The notes under the pieces: generated by a model
The model's input: the letters and a program-made list of their open reading frames with translations, nothing else
Database searches by the model: none
Told to the model about the DNA's origin: nothing
Assembly: GCA_051362555.1 (NCBI GenBank)
Contig: CM120645.1
Location: forward strand, 62,001-126,000
DNA length: 64,000 bases
Source: Lingula anatina
Lineage: Eukaryota; Animalia; Brachiopoda
Reading direction: 5' to 3'
Shown: piece after piece, positions 53,275-64,000 of the stretch
How the letters are laid out: every line of letters starts with the position of its first letter
How positions within the stretch are numbered: position 1 is the stretch's first letter
Program-made: the position numbers and the translations under genes

Positions 53275-53488
53275 ATTATACAGGCAAATCTTTGGATAGT
53301 AAGCCACATTAACAGTATGATACAGTAATTATACAGGCAAATCTCTGGATAGTAAGTCACATTAACAGTATGATGCAGTAATTATACAGGCAAATCTCTG
53401 GATAGTAAACCACATTAACAGTATGATACAGTAATTATACAGGCAAATCTCTGGATATTAAGTCACACTAGCAGTATGATGCAGTAAT
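53275..53488. repeat. 53-bp tandem repeat, ~4 copies
   Basis: Unit ATTATACAGGCAAATCTCTGGATAGTAAGTCACATTAACAGTATGATRCAGTA. Confidence 0.9.
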
Positions 53489-54792
53489 CAGTACAGTGGC
53501 ACAGGTGTAGTGCAGGGTTTTCAGTCAATTAATCTTTAACCAGATTTCTAATTATAACCAGTATTACCTGCTACATGTGATGATTTGAATAAGTTCACAT
53601 GATTTTTATTTATGATTATATCCCAATATGTGCAAGAAAATCCATTCAAAGCAAATTTTAGATTTCAATGTTCCATGAAGGAAAAGCAAGATCACGCACC
53701 ACAATTGTATGTCTAACCACTGGAAGTACATCAGTCAATTAGCTCTAATTATAAACCAATCATTCTGATTAGGGCCATTTTTTATACAGCATAAAGTAAA
53801 TGTCTGTTTAATGCAACTTTTGTCTGCCATCCTAAAAGTGAGTTCTGCAGCATATGCCGTCAAGCACCCAACACAAAGGTTCTATACACATTTGCTAGTG
53901 TTGATTTAAACAGCCTAAGAGGTCTTACAAACTGTAGCCAGTGCTGAATGAACTCCCCTGAATGCCCCATACACCATATTTCTGCCTCACTGCACAGCCA
54001 TAGTATTGAAGTCAACTATCAAGTAACAAGTGTGAATAATCAGCCATTGATATACAGCACAACAATCCACCTCACATAATGGCCAGTTTTCTCTCCAACC
54101 AAGACCAAATGTCTGTACACTCTTTAATATTTCTATTTACAAAGCAGAGCTCACAATATTTTGGACCTTGGTCAGTAAACACCTTTGGGTTGGTCTTGAC
54201 ACATGTTACCCCTTTCTTTCCTTACAGTTCACTTTCAGCAGCACAGACCCAGCTCTACAGAAACCAGGCTCAGACACACAACCTCACTTGAACCACTGAA
54301 CACTGGCCAAGGTCATTGTTGTCTGTGTCCATGATTGTAAGATAAACACAATATTACAAATAGAATGTGTCACCATGGTTATGGTTGCCTGGTTACACCC
54401 AGGGATAAACTAGCATTGCTTAATTGAGCTTAATGCATTAATTCTTTTCACATGGGTAACTTAATCATTGCAGGTACTTGATTTAAATGGTTATAGAAGT
54501 CTGATGAGGTGTTTACTATTTAATACTGCATAATATCACACCTAAACAATTGGAGACAAAGACAGCTAAAAATTTCAAAAGCTGGAGAAAACTTTTTTCA
54601 TCAATCAAGTAAAAATAAAAATGATAAAAACAAAAATAAATTGAATGAAACAAGTTCATACTGTGTACATTCCCCAAAGTACTGTTTCAGTCATGATTCA
54701 TAAATGATATTTTTTAATTTTCATAAAAAATTAGAACACTACATCAATTTGAACAAGTATCTCTGAAAAAAAATCATTAAGTAATAAAAATA

Positions 54793-55630
54793 AGATAACA
54801 ACACACGTTCACAGAAAACACCACCTTCCCTTGATGATCAGATAACAATACACACGTTCACAGAAAACACCACCTTCCCTTGATGATCAGATAACTATAC
54901 ACACGTTCACAGAAAACACCACCTTCCCTTAATGATCAGATAACTATACACACGTTCACAGAAAACACCACCTTCCCTTAATGATCAGATAACAATACAC
55001 ATGTTCACAGAAAACACCTCCTTCCCTTGATGATCAGATAACTATACACATGTTCACAGAAAACACCACCTTCCCTTGATGATCAGATAACTATACACAT
55101 GTTCACAGAAAACACCACCTTCCCTTAATGATCAGATAACTATACACATGTTCACAGAAAACACCACCTTCCCTTAATGATCAGATAACAATACACATGT
55201 TCACAGAAAACACCTCCTTCCCTTGATGATCAGATAACTATACACATGTTCACAGAAAACACCACCTTCCCTTGATGATCAGATAACAACACATGTTCAC
55301 AGAAAACACCTCCTTCCCTTGATGATCAGATAACAATACACATGTTCACAGAAAACACCTCCTTCCCTTGATGATCAGATAACAACACATGTTCACAGAA
55401 AACACCTCCTTCCCTTGATGATCAGATAACAATACACATGTTCACAGAAAACACCACCTTCCCTTGATGATCAGATAACAACACATGTTCACAGAAAACA
55501 CCTCCTTCCCTTGATGATCAGATAACAATACACATGTTCACAGAAAACACCACCTTCCCTTGATGATCAGATAACAATACACATGTTCACAGAAAACACC
55601 TCCTTCCCTTGATGATCAGATAACTATACA
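54793..55630. repeat. 46-49-bp minisatellite, ~17 copies
   Basis: Unit GATAACWATACACAYGTTCACAGAAAACACCWCCTTCCCTTRATGATCA. Confidence 0.95.
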
Positions 55631-56563
55631 TACCCTGTATATGTTCACAGAGAGCAAGAGCTTTAATTGTATGCAGTCGATTCCAATGATTACTCAGTAG
55701 GTCAGAAATATAAGATAAAGAATTGAATGTATAGCCAATAGATAAGTTTTTATTGTGCTTATATTATACTGATAGGTATTTCACATAAATGCAAAGTAAA
55801 TAAAATCTATATTGCCAAAGTATGACCTTTGTAACATATCAAACCTCTTTATGCAGGCAGTTTATATAGAGTACACCTGGCAGATGCTACAGTCAGTCCT
55901 TAAGTCAAAATACAACCCAAATGATGTCTGAGGTAGCTTGTGTATACACTTTCTACCATTTGTAAAATCAAATCACTAACTTATTATCATGTCTGAAATC
56001 AACCAGGACACAACACGATACAACAAATATCGTTAAAGCTTTCCAGAGTGTGCACTTTCTAGCGATTTTAATACCTTTGACATTACATGGAAGAAAGTTC
56101 TTGAATGCTACTCCTAGAGTGCATTCCCATAGATTTAAATCAATCCATCAAGATCGACCTAACTCCCTGGGGGTTCACGCTAAATTGATGTCAGCCGAGC
56201 GCGCACAGTAGTTAATTACCCCCTTACAGCTTTTAGTAGGCAGGAAAGACATTTAAGCCGGCTAAACTGACACTAGTGAGACTCCCCACAGGGATAGATT
56301 GATCTAAAATCTGTGGGAATGGGGTCCTAGTGGTGTGTTCCTGGTGTAATTGAAGATCTGTTGGTTCCTGCTGATGTTGTTAAGAGGTCAGGGGGGAGGT
56401 CAAGGGGGGCACCTGCCAGTGAATAGAAGGAAGATGCTGTATATAAATGGGGACCAGCCCCCAGCCAGTTAACATATAGCTTGCCATCAGCCTGTTAACA
56501 CAAACACCAGAGACAGCTTGCCACCAGCCGATTAACATAGCTTGTCTGTGGAGTCTTAACACC

Positions 56564-59500
56564 TCACTGTGTTTTGCACTGGTCTGTCTCCAGTTTGGCA
56601 GCACCACTTCCTACTTTCACAACATTACAATGTGTCTGTTTTCCCTTCACCTTCCTGACCTTGGGTTGTATCACGGGGTCTCCAGACATCTCAAGGCACT
56701 CCAAGTTCTCATCAGTGACAGCACTATGAACTGATGCCTCCTCTGTAGTGCTACTGTCAATGACGTCTACATCATTAGAAAGCGTCACCCTTTTCTTTTG
56801 TACAGACTTAAAGTCCTTGGTTTGTGAGTTTGCATCTTTCTTAGACTCCGTCACATGGTTTTCTCTTAGGACGTCTGATTTATCTGAAGGTTTTGATTTG
56901 TCAGCTGACTGAAGACCAGTTTTTTCAGGTAAAAATGCACAATCACTCTCTGCTTGACTTGATTCTTCTTCTTTTCTAAATCCTGGAATCTTCTCTACTT
57001 TTCCCTTTCTAATTTTCTTGTGTGCCACAGAATCTAAAACAAATTTTGAAGGACAGCACTGTTAAAATATTGAACATTTAGGCTGTAACAAGCCATCATA
57101 AGCAAGACATTTCCATGGAAATTCTAAACAAGATTTCTCAGAAGAATTATTGTGAGTAAACTCTTGGTTACCAGGTTCATATTTCAGTTTGTACTCCTCC
57201 AGCTGAAGATGTAGTTTGAGGTTGTCTCCTCTCATCTTCTCCAGTTGTCTTTCTGTCTCACACAGTTTGCTGTGGACGTCCATGTATTGACTTCTCTCTG
57301 CCAACTGATTGAAACGCTTGCTATGCACCTCCTCCTGAAGTTTACCGATTTCTTGACTGGAAGATGAAGAGAAATTCAAATGTAAAAAAAAAAATCATTA
57401 TAAGTTTTTTTTTTAAATAATGATGTAGAAATGGTTCATCACTGCACATCCCCGACATTCAATCAATCAATACTCCAGTATCTAGGCTAACTGAATGGCT
57501 ACTCACTCTTTGTTTTTGATCATATTTTGTAGATAATCCACAAAGTTCTTATCTGTGTTTCCGCTGAATGTGCTGTACTGGTCCAGGATCTGGCCTGTCT
57601 TGGCTAACTGTAATATAACACCAGACGACAGCATAGATCATGGTATTGTCAGTAGAATATAAAAAATGCCAGTCTGCTACTGCATGTTTTGTCTGGTCTA
57701 TTTCCCATCATTACTCACTCAGGCAAGCACATGGCATTTCCATCAAATGGGTAAAGATACACTGCCAGGGTAAATGTCCCTTCACATACTGATGTCATAA
57801 GTACCAGTATCTAACACATTTTATACTCCACATGCCAATAAACCAACCGACCTCAATGCCTCTGGCAGTTGAAGTCTTTAAAATAACACCTTCAAATTCC
57901 TGGTCATAATTTGACCCACCCACCCCTTTCTTCAGCCAGTAGGCACAGAAAGCAGAAAATATCTATACCAATAATATCAAGTTATGCTAAATGAAACTAT
58001 TGTGCCATTGGGTAGGGTTTAGTGGTAATGATCTGACATTAATATGTATCTTTAAAATAATCTAAACATGCAAAATGTAATAATAGAATCAAGTATCACC
58101 AATGACCATCACATACTTGGGGAAAGATGTTCTTTCAAAGCAAAACAAAGGAAAAGAAAGAGAAACCCTTTTCCCCCCAAGTTATGCTACTTATTTTTAA
58201 TGATACATCCCTTCATCAGCTCACTTATTTCTCTCCTCAATCTATCTTCTTACCTCCAATTTTTCATACTTGTTCAGTTGCTCTGTGAGTCTCTGTATTT
58301 CGGCAGTAGCCAGAGTGAGCTGGGATTGCAATCTGTCCATCTGGGCTACGTCAGCTCTTCCTACTGACATCTGTAGCACTGCCGCCAGCTGCATCTGAAC
58401 ACATAAATCATAACAATACATAATTACTGTGTGATTTTGTAGTATGAATTTCACCATGATGACCAAGTGAATTGCAAGGAAGTTAATTCATCTGTTATTA
58501 TCAACTATCTTATTACCTCCGCCAAGGAGGTTGTTTTCACCCCTGTTTGTCTGTCTGTCATCAACATAACTCAAAAAGTTATGGACTGATTTTGATGAAA
58601 TTTTCAGGAATTGTCAGAAATGGGCCAAGGAACAGTTTTTGGTGGTGATTCGGATCAATAATCAATAATCAAAAAACTAAGTTATGGACCGATTTTGATG
58701 AAATTTTCAGGAACTGTCAGATGTGGGCCAAGGAACAGATGATTAGTTTTTGGTGGTGATCCAGATCAATAATCAATCAATAATCTATAATCAAAAATAT
58801 AAAAATTTTAGGGGTGAAACGGCATTGGAAGGAGACTTTGCTGCCTTGGCGAAGGTCTGCGCTCTCTGAGTGCTTTTCTAGTTACAACAGTCATTAACCA
58901 AGATGGCCAAAATGACCTGGGAAAACTGGAAAATCATTTCCAACACTGTTGGAAAAATGATGTTAGTGTCACAGATACAACACTTCAATGTTTATAATAA
59001 AGTGATGAGAAATTTAAAGGAAAATATCACTACATCATCCACATAGTATTACAAACAGCAATAACAACTCCTAAACTCATCATAATAACAATATAATACT
59101 GGTAACCCCCCAGTGTCAGTGTCTTTTACTTTGTGTTTGTGTTGTCTGTTCATCTCATACTAACTGTTCATAATAACAATATAATACTGGTAACCCCCCA
59201 GTGTTAGTGCCTTACTTTGAGTTTGTGCAGGTGTTGTCTGTTCATCTCATACTGACTCTTCATGGAGTCAAACTGCACCTTGAGGGAGATCAACTTCTTC
59301 TCTGCCTCCTGACGCTTGTCATCCAGCTGATTGAAATATGGAAACAATTTAACACCTTTAAAATGTCAACATCATTTTATCAGACAACTGAAGAATGTTC
59401 TTGCCTTAAATGAAGTCTGAGAGAGAGGTGCTTTCCTGTCAGCACTGTTCACAAGCACTGATAAGTCAATAGTTTATATACATCATTAAGATATCAACAA

Positions 59501-62500
59501 CAGCTCACCTCACCAAACAAAGAGTTTCCTTTCTCCTTGTGGTCAGCAGCATCCATTCTGGCCAGGTCAAGCTGGACATTCAGCCCCTGGACCTCAGCTC
59601 TGCAGGTCTGGAATACAAGAATGATTATTACAGTGACCAGTGACTTTACAGTGACCATTATAGTGACCATTATACTGTGACTGTTTCACAGTGACCATTG
59701 CACTGACCATTACAGTGACCATTATACAGTGACTGTTTCACAGTGACCGTTTCAGTTACCATTACACAGTGGTCGTTACACAGTGACTGTTATATAGTGA
59801 CCATTATACACTGACCATTACACAGTGACCATCATACAGTGACTGTTTCACAGTGACCGTTTCACAGTGACTGTTTCAGTGACTTCTACTCAGTGATTGT
59901 TACACAGTGACTGTTACACATCAACTTTCCTGTAGGGCTTTAATAACAGTCTATACTTTATGATAACAACAATTCATTTCTGCAATTGCAATTCTGTGGT
60001 TGAAGTTTTACAATGAATTTTGAATGCACACATCTTCAAAATATCTCTTGAACATACATAAAAAAAATGACACATTAAATCTGAAAATGTTGACAATATA
60101 CTTTGTCCTTGAAGGGCAAGTGACTTTACAAACTCATTCAATCTCTAAGAACAGCCAAATTCCCAACTTTAACTGGTAGTGGGCCTCATAGTGCACACAT
60201 GCTTAGTGTCATAGTTCATAATTTTACCACTAAAATAAGCTAATCATACACAGAATATCAATGAATATATACACACAGTATGTAAGCAAGCATGCATGTG
60301 TACACACAGTTTATATTCAATCAAGCAGAGGGACAGGCAGACAGCAACAGACGACAGACAGACAGACAGCAACAGGCAGACAGACAAACAGACAAGCAGG
60401 CAGACAGACAGACAGGCAGACAGACAGGCAGACTACCTCCAAGGCATTGTAGTAGGATGTGGCCTTGCATTCCTTTTCCTCCACCTCCTCAGTTTTTGTT
60501 GCCAGCTGACTTCTAAGTGATCCTGCCTCTAACTGGAGCTGCTGCACCTCTGCCTGGGCCTCAGACAGCTCCTTGGAGAGGTTCATCTGGGGAAAATAAT
60601 AGACTTTATCAAAACAAATCTACTCGACTGTAGCTGCTGCACCTCTGCCTGGGCCTCAGACAGCTCCTTGGAGAGGTTCATCTGGGGAAAATAATAGACT
60701 TTATCAAAACAAATCTACTCGACTGTAGCTGCTGCACCTCTGCCTGGGCCTCAGACAGCTCCTTGGAGAGGTTCATCTGGGGAAAATAATAGACTTTATC
60801 AAAACAAATCTACTCAACTGTAGCTGCTGCACCTCTGCCTGGGCCTCAGACAGCTCCTTGGAGAGGTTCATCTGGGGAAAATAATAGACTATATAAAAAC
60901 AAATCTACTCAACTGTAGCTGCTGCACCTCTGCCTGGGCCTCAGACAGCTCCTTGGAGAGGTTCATCTGGGGAAAATAATAGACTTTATCAAAACAAATC
61001 TACTCAACTGTAGCTGCTGCACCTCTGCCTGGGCCTCAGGCAGCTCCTTGGAGAGGTTCATCTGGGGAAATAATAGACTTTATCAAAACAAATCTACTCA
61101 ACTGTAGCTGCTGCACCTCTGCCTGGGCCTCAGACAGCTCCTTGGAGAGGTTCATCTGGGGAAATAATAGACTTTATCAAAACAAATCTACTCAACTGTA
61201 GCTGCTGCACCTCTGCCTGGGCCTCAGGCAGCTCCTTGGAGAGGTTCATCTGGGGAAATAATAGACTATATAAAGACAAATCTTCTGTGGGACATGAAAA
61301 AAATTTTATAGCCTCATATTGTGTATAAAGTTGACCCCAGCACCTACCCTCTCATACTGCAGGTAGGTGACCTCACAGAAAAGTTGACCCCAGAACCTAC
61401 CCTCTCACACTGCAGGTTGGTGACCTCACAGTAAAGTTGACCCCAGCACCTACCCTCTCACACTGCAGGTTGGTGACCTCACAGTAAAGTTGACCCCAGC
61501 ACCTACCCTCTCACACTGCAGGTTGGTGACCTCAGAGTAAAGTTGACCCCAGCACCTACCCTCTCACACTGCAGGTTGGTGACCTCAGAGTAAAGTTGTG
61601 CCATCTCCTCGCTGCACGTCTCGTTCATCCTGGTGACCACCTGCTCCAGCTGGTCCTGTGCCTCCTTCAACAACGCCTCCAGCTGCCCCACCTTCTCTGT
61701 CATCTGGCGCTCTGTCAGCTGAGATCTCTCCTCACTGGCCTGGAGACACTCTATCTGAAATATTATATACACTGGTCAATATTAATACAGTCTGTCAGCT
61801 GAGATCTCTCCTCACTGGCCTGGAGACACTCTATCTGAAATATTATATACACTGGTCAAAATTAATACAGTCTGTCAGCTGAGATCTCTCCTCACTGGCC
61901 TGGAGACACTCTATCTGAAATATTATATACACTGGTCAATATTAATACAGTCTGTCAGCTGAGATCTCTCCTCACTGGCCTGGAGACAGTCTATCTGAAA
62001 TATTATATACACTGGTCAATATTAATACAGTCTGTCAGCTTATTTAGTCTACTGTGGAAATGCTGGCCTCACCTGACTTTTCAGTTCTGCCACTTTGGAG
62101 GAATGTTCAGCATCTGGGAGGTGGGATAATTCCTCGGCCTGCTGTCTCAAGGTTTGCTTCAAGTTGTCAATCTCCTCAGAATAATTCTGCTCCATGAGAA
62201 CCTTGCTCTGTAACTTCATCTGCAGGCTGTACTTCTCTTGCTCCAAAGTCTGGAAGACAATATCTTCACACTGTACCTCTATCTTAACAGTGTAGTCTGT
62301 ATACACAGAGCTCTAGCTGTCACTGTACCTCTGTCTTAACAGTGTAGTCTGTATACACAGAGCTCTAGCTGTCACTGTACCTCTATCTTAACAGTCTAGT
62401 CTGTATACACAGAGCTCTAGCTGTCACTGTACCTCTATCTTAACAGTGTAGTCTGTATACACAGAGCTCTAGCTGTCACTGTACCTCTATCTTAACAGTG

Positions 62501-62753
62501 TAGTCTGTATACACAGAGCTCTAGCTGTCACTGTACCTCTGTTTTAACAGTGTAGTCTGTATACACAGAGCTCTATCTGTCATTGTACCTCTATCCTGGC
62601 TGTCATGGACCTCCGTGACTCCTCTAGCTCCTTGTTCAGCTCTCGGTTGTCCTCTAACAGTGACTTGCCAATCTCTGCTGCCCTCTGGAGGTTGGTTTCA
62701 CTCTCAGACAGCTGTTGTCGCAGATTCTGTATCTCCATCTCAGCACCAGACAT
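56564..62753 (-). CDS. SPDL1: Protein Spindly (kinetochore dynein adaptor), ~597 aa, 10 coding exons
   Basis: Exons 62753-62589, 62249-62073, 61754-61560, 60586-60437, 59607-59509, 59326-59216, 58394-58254, 57607-57507, 57356-57172 and 57033-56564 join in phase (1794 nt). CC1 box RAAEIGKSLL, EQEKYSLQ, SYYNALE, Spindly motif KGNSLFGE, KLKYEP, and C-terminal CaaX CKTQ. Confidence 0.93.
58511..58883 (+). mobile_element. Short HINE/DINE-type element (family F) in a SPDL1 intron
   Basis: 5' TTACCTCCGCCAAGGAGGT hairpin, (GTCT)n and a duplicated core. The 3' end is CCTTGGCGAAGGT + GCGCTCT..GAGTGC hairpin + CTAGTT. A degenerate relative lies at ~8065-8250. Confidence 0.7.
59628..59920. repeat. Irregular ACAGTGAC-based short-period repeat next to a SPDL1 acceptor
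   Basis: Many imperfect 11-13-bp ACAGTGACY(A/G)TT units. Confidence 0.85.
60538..61275. repeat. 94-95-bp tandem array (8 copies) of the SPDL1 exon 60586 acceptor and exon start
   Basis: Unit starts at 60538, 60633, 60728, 60823, 60918, 61013, 61107 and 61201. Each contains ttccccag|ATGAACCTC on the minus strand. Confidence 0.95.
61326..61597. repeat. 53-bp tandem array (5 copies) of the SPDL1 exon 61560 donor
   Basis: Unit AAAGTTGACCCCAGCACCTACCCTCTCACACTGCAGGTTGGTGACCTCASAGT; GAGAGG|gtaggt on the minus strand. Confidence 0.95.
61711..62040. repeat. 80-bp tandem array (4 copies) of the SPDL1 exon 61754 acceptor
   Basis: Units start at 61711, 61791, 61871 and 61951. Each has atttcag|ATAGA on the minus strand. 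Confidence 0.95.
62268..62595. repeat. 52-bp tandem array (~6 copies) of the SPDL1 exon 62589 donor, filling almost the whole intron
   Basis: Unit CTGTACCTCTRTCTTAACAGTGTAGTCTGTATACACAGAGCTCTAGCTGTCA; AGAG|gtaca on the minus strand. Confidence 0.93.
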
Positions 62754-64000
62754 CACAGTAGTTTTCCTGCTAAAACAAAAGTTCTTGAACCATTATAATC
62801 GTGTTTTCAACAAAATTTTGAAAGTGCCCATACAGTCTGAGACATAAACAGCCATTATCAAAGTATTTGGTTTTATATAAAACAAAAAAAAAAAAAAATT
62901 TCTTTTCTTTCAGATCTGTACAGGTTAGAAATTAATTGATATAAGCAATCAGATGCATGGTTTGGGCCCAAAACAGGACATTACATTTCTAACTTACATA
63001 GTGTATAACGCAATCCAAAGATTCCACAGTTCATGTCAAATTTACTTAAGGTTGCATTTATAAAGAAAAACCCAATGATCAGTTAAATGATTTATTCATC
63101 AGTCAGTAACTACATATTTTAAGTCAAGTCTCCAACCCTTAACTCTCTGAAATCGCATCCATCTTCCACGTGCTCCCAAGATCATCTCTCCCAATCTCCT
63201 CCCACGGTATTCACTCTCAAAGCCTATATACTGATTTCTTATCTTAGGTGGATCCAATGCTGCACAAGTGACTTGTGTGAAATGAAGGCAAACCTTAATT
63301 CCTGATAATTGTATAGTTAATTGCTTTACATTTGTGTTGTACAAAGAAGCTGCCACATTTCTCAAGAACTCTTGGACAGCAATAAGTTTCATCATACAAC
63401 ATCAAAATATATTTTTTATCTTCACATCAGACACAACAAGGGTATCAGTGTCCTAGCTAAGCGCCCATGAACAAATTTAACATTCTATGGTTCCCAAAGT
63501 TTTCAAGGGCTAGGGCAATACTTTTTGCATATACCCCCCTACCACACCTACAAATCTTTGATTTTTATTTATTTTAGGGTTGGAGATGGGGTGACACTGA
63601 TCAATGTCTATTAACCCATTACAGTGACGTCATATTTGCTCCGTAACACTAGTCCCGCGGCCATGCTGGAGGGAATGAACGACGGGCAATAGTAGCGGTA
63701 ATATAGGTGAACCAAATAAAATAAAATAAACTTCATATCGCGATCAAGTACACCAAAGGGAAAAGGATATATACAAGCTGAAGCGTCAGCTGCTCAGCAG
63801 GATCGACCAATATGAACTCAAGACAGTCTAAAAACATGGAATCCTACCAAATGCTACTTATCCAACATCGTGTTGTCAGAAGATAGTTCAGTTATCTTGT
63901 ACTTCATTTTTCTTGTTCATTGGGTAATAACAGTTATAGTTTGAGAGAGTTTAATGTGTAATCATAAGTTTAACCTTACATAGAAGCAACTTTTTTCATA

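Noticed and set aside
54793-55630. CRISPR-like or snoRNA-array interpretation of the tandem arrays
   Set aside because: Units are contiguous with no unique spacers, there are no cas genes, the context is eukaryotic, and TGATGA lacks a matching D box.
60335-60433. CAGA/CAGG repeat reminiscent of the human CNBP (CCTG)n DM2 expansion
   Set aside because: It lies in a SPDL1 intron, not in CNBP, and is an ordinary imperfect microsatellite.
63099-63395. 98-aa minus-strand ORF upstream of SPDL1
   Set aside because: No recognisable similarity or phase-consistent splicing. The SPDL1 model is already full-length from the ATG at 62753.

Overview
AT-rich, intron-containing animal genomic DNA (probably an invertebrate such as a mollusc; inferred from the repeat types). 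I built six spliced gene models by hand from GT-AG junctions and reading phase: a CNBP-like CCHC zinc-knuckle gene (-), PEX26 (-) head-to-head with RPP14 (+), an unknown MGC-starting low-complexity protein (-) head-to-head with an unknown ~1333-aa repeat/acidic/coiled-coil CaaX protein (+), and Spindly/SPDL1 (-). The RPP14 introns are inflated by nested non-autonomous DNA transposons, including Helentron-derived HINE-type elements carrying 161-bp and 146-bp satellites. The most unusual pattern is that many exon boundaries of PEX26, RPP14 and SPDL1 (and the PEX26 stop codon) are themselves tandemly amplified, giving rows of near-identical decoy splice sites and, in RPP14, ten potential in-frame 27-nt microexons. 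CNBP intron 2 appears to hold a decayed zinc-knuckle exon with an in-frame stop. Family calls come from recalled protein similarity, not from database searches.
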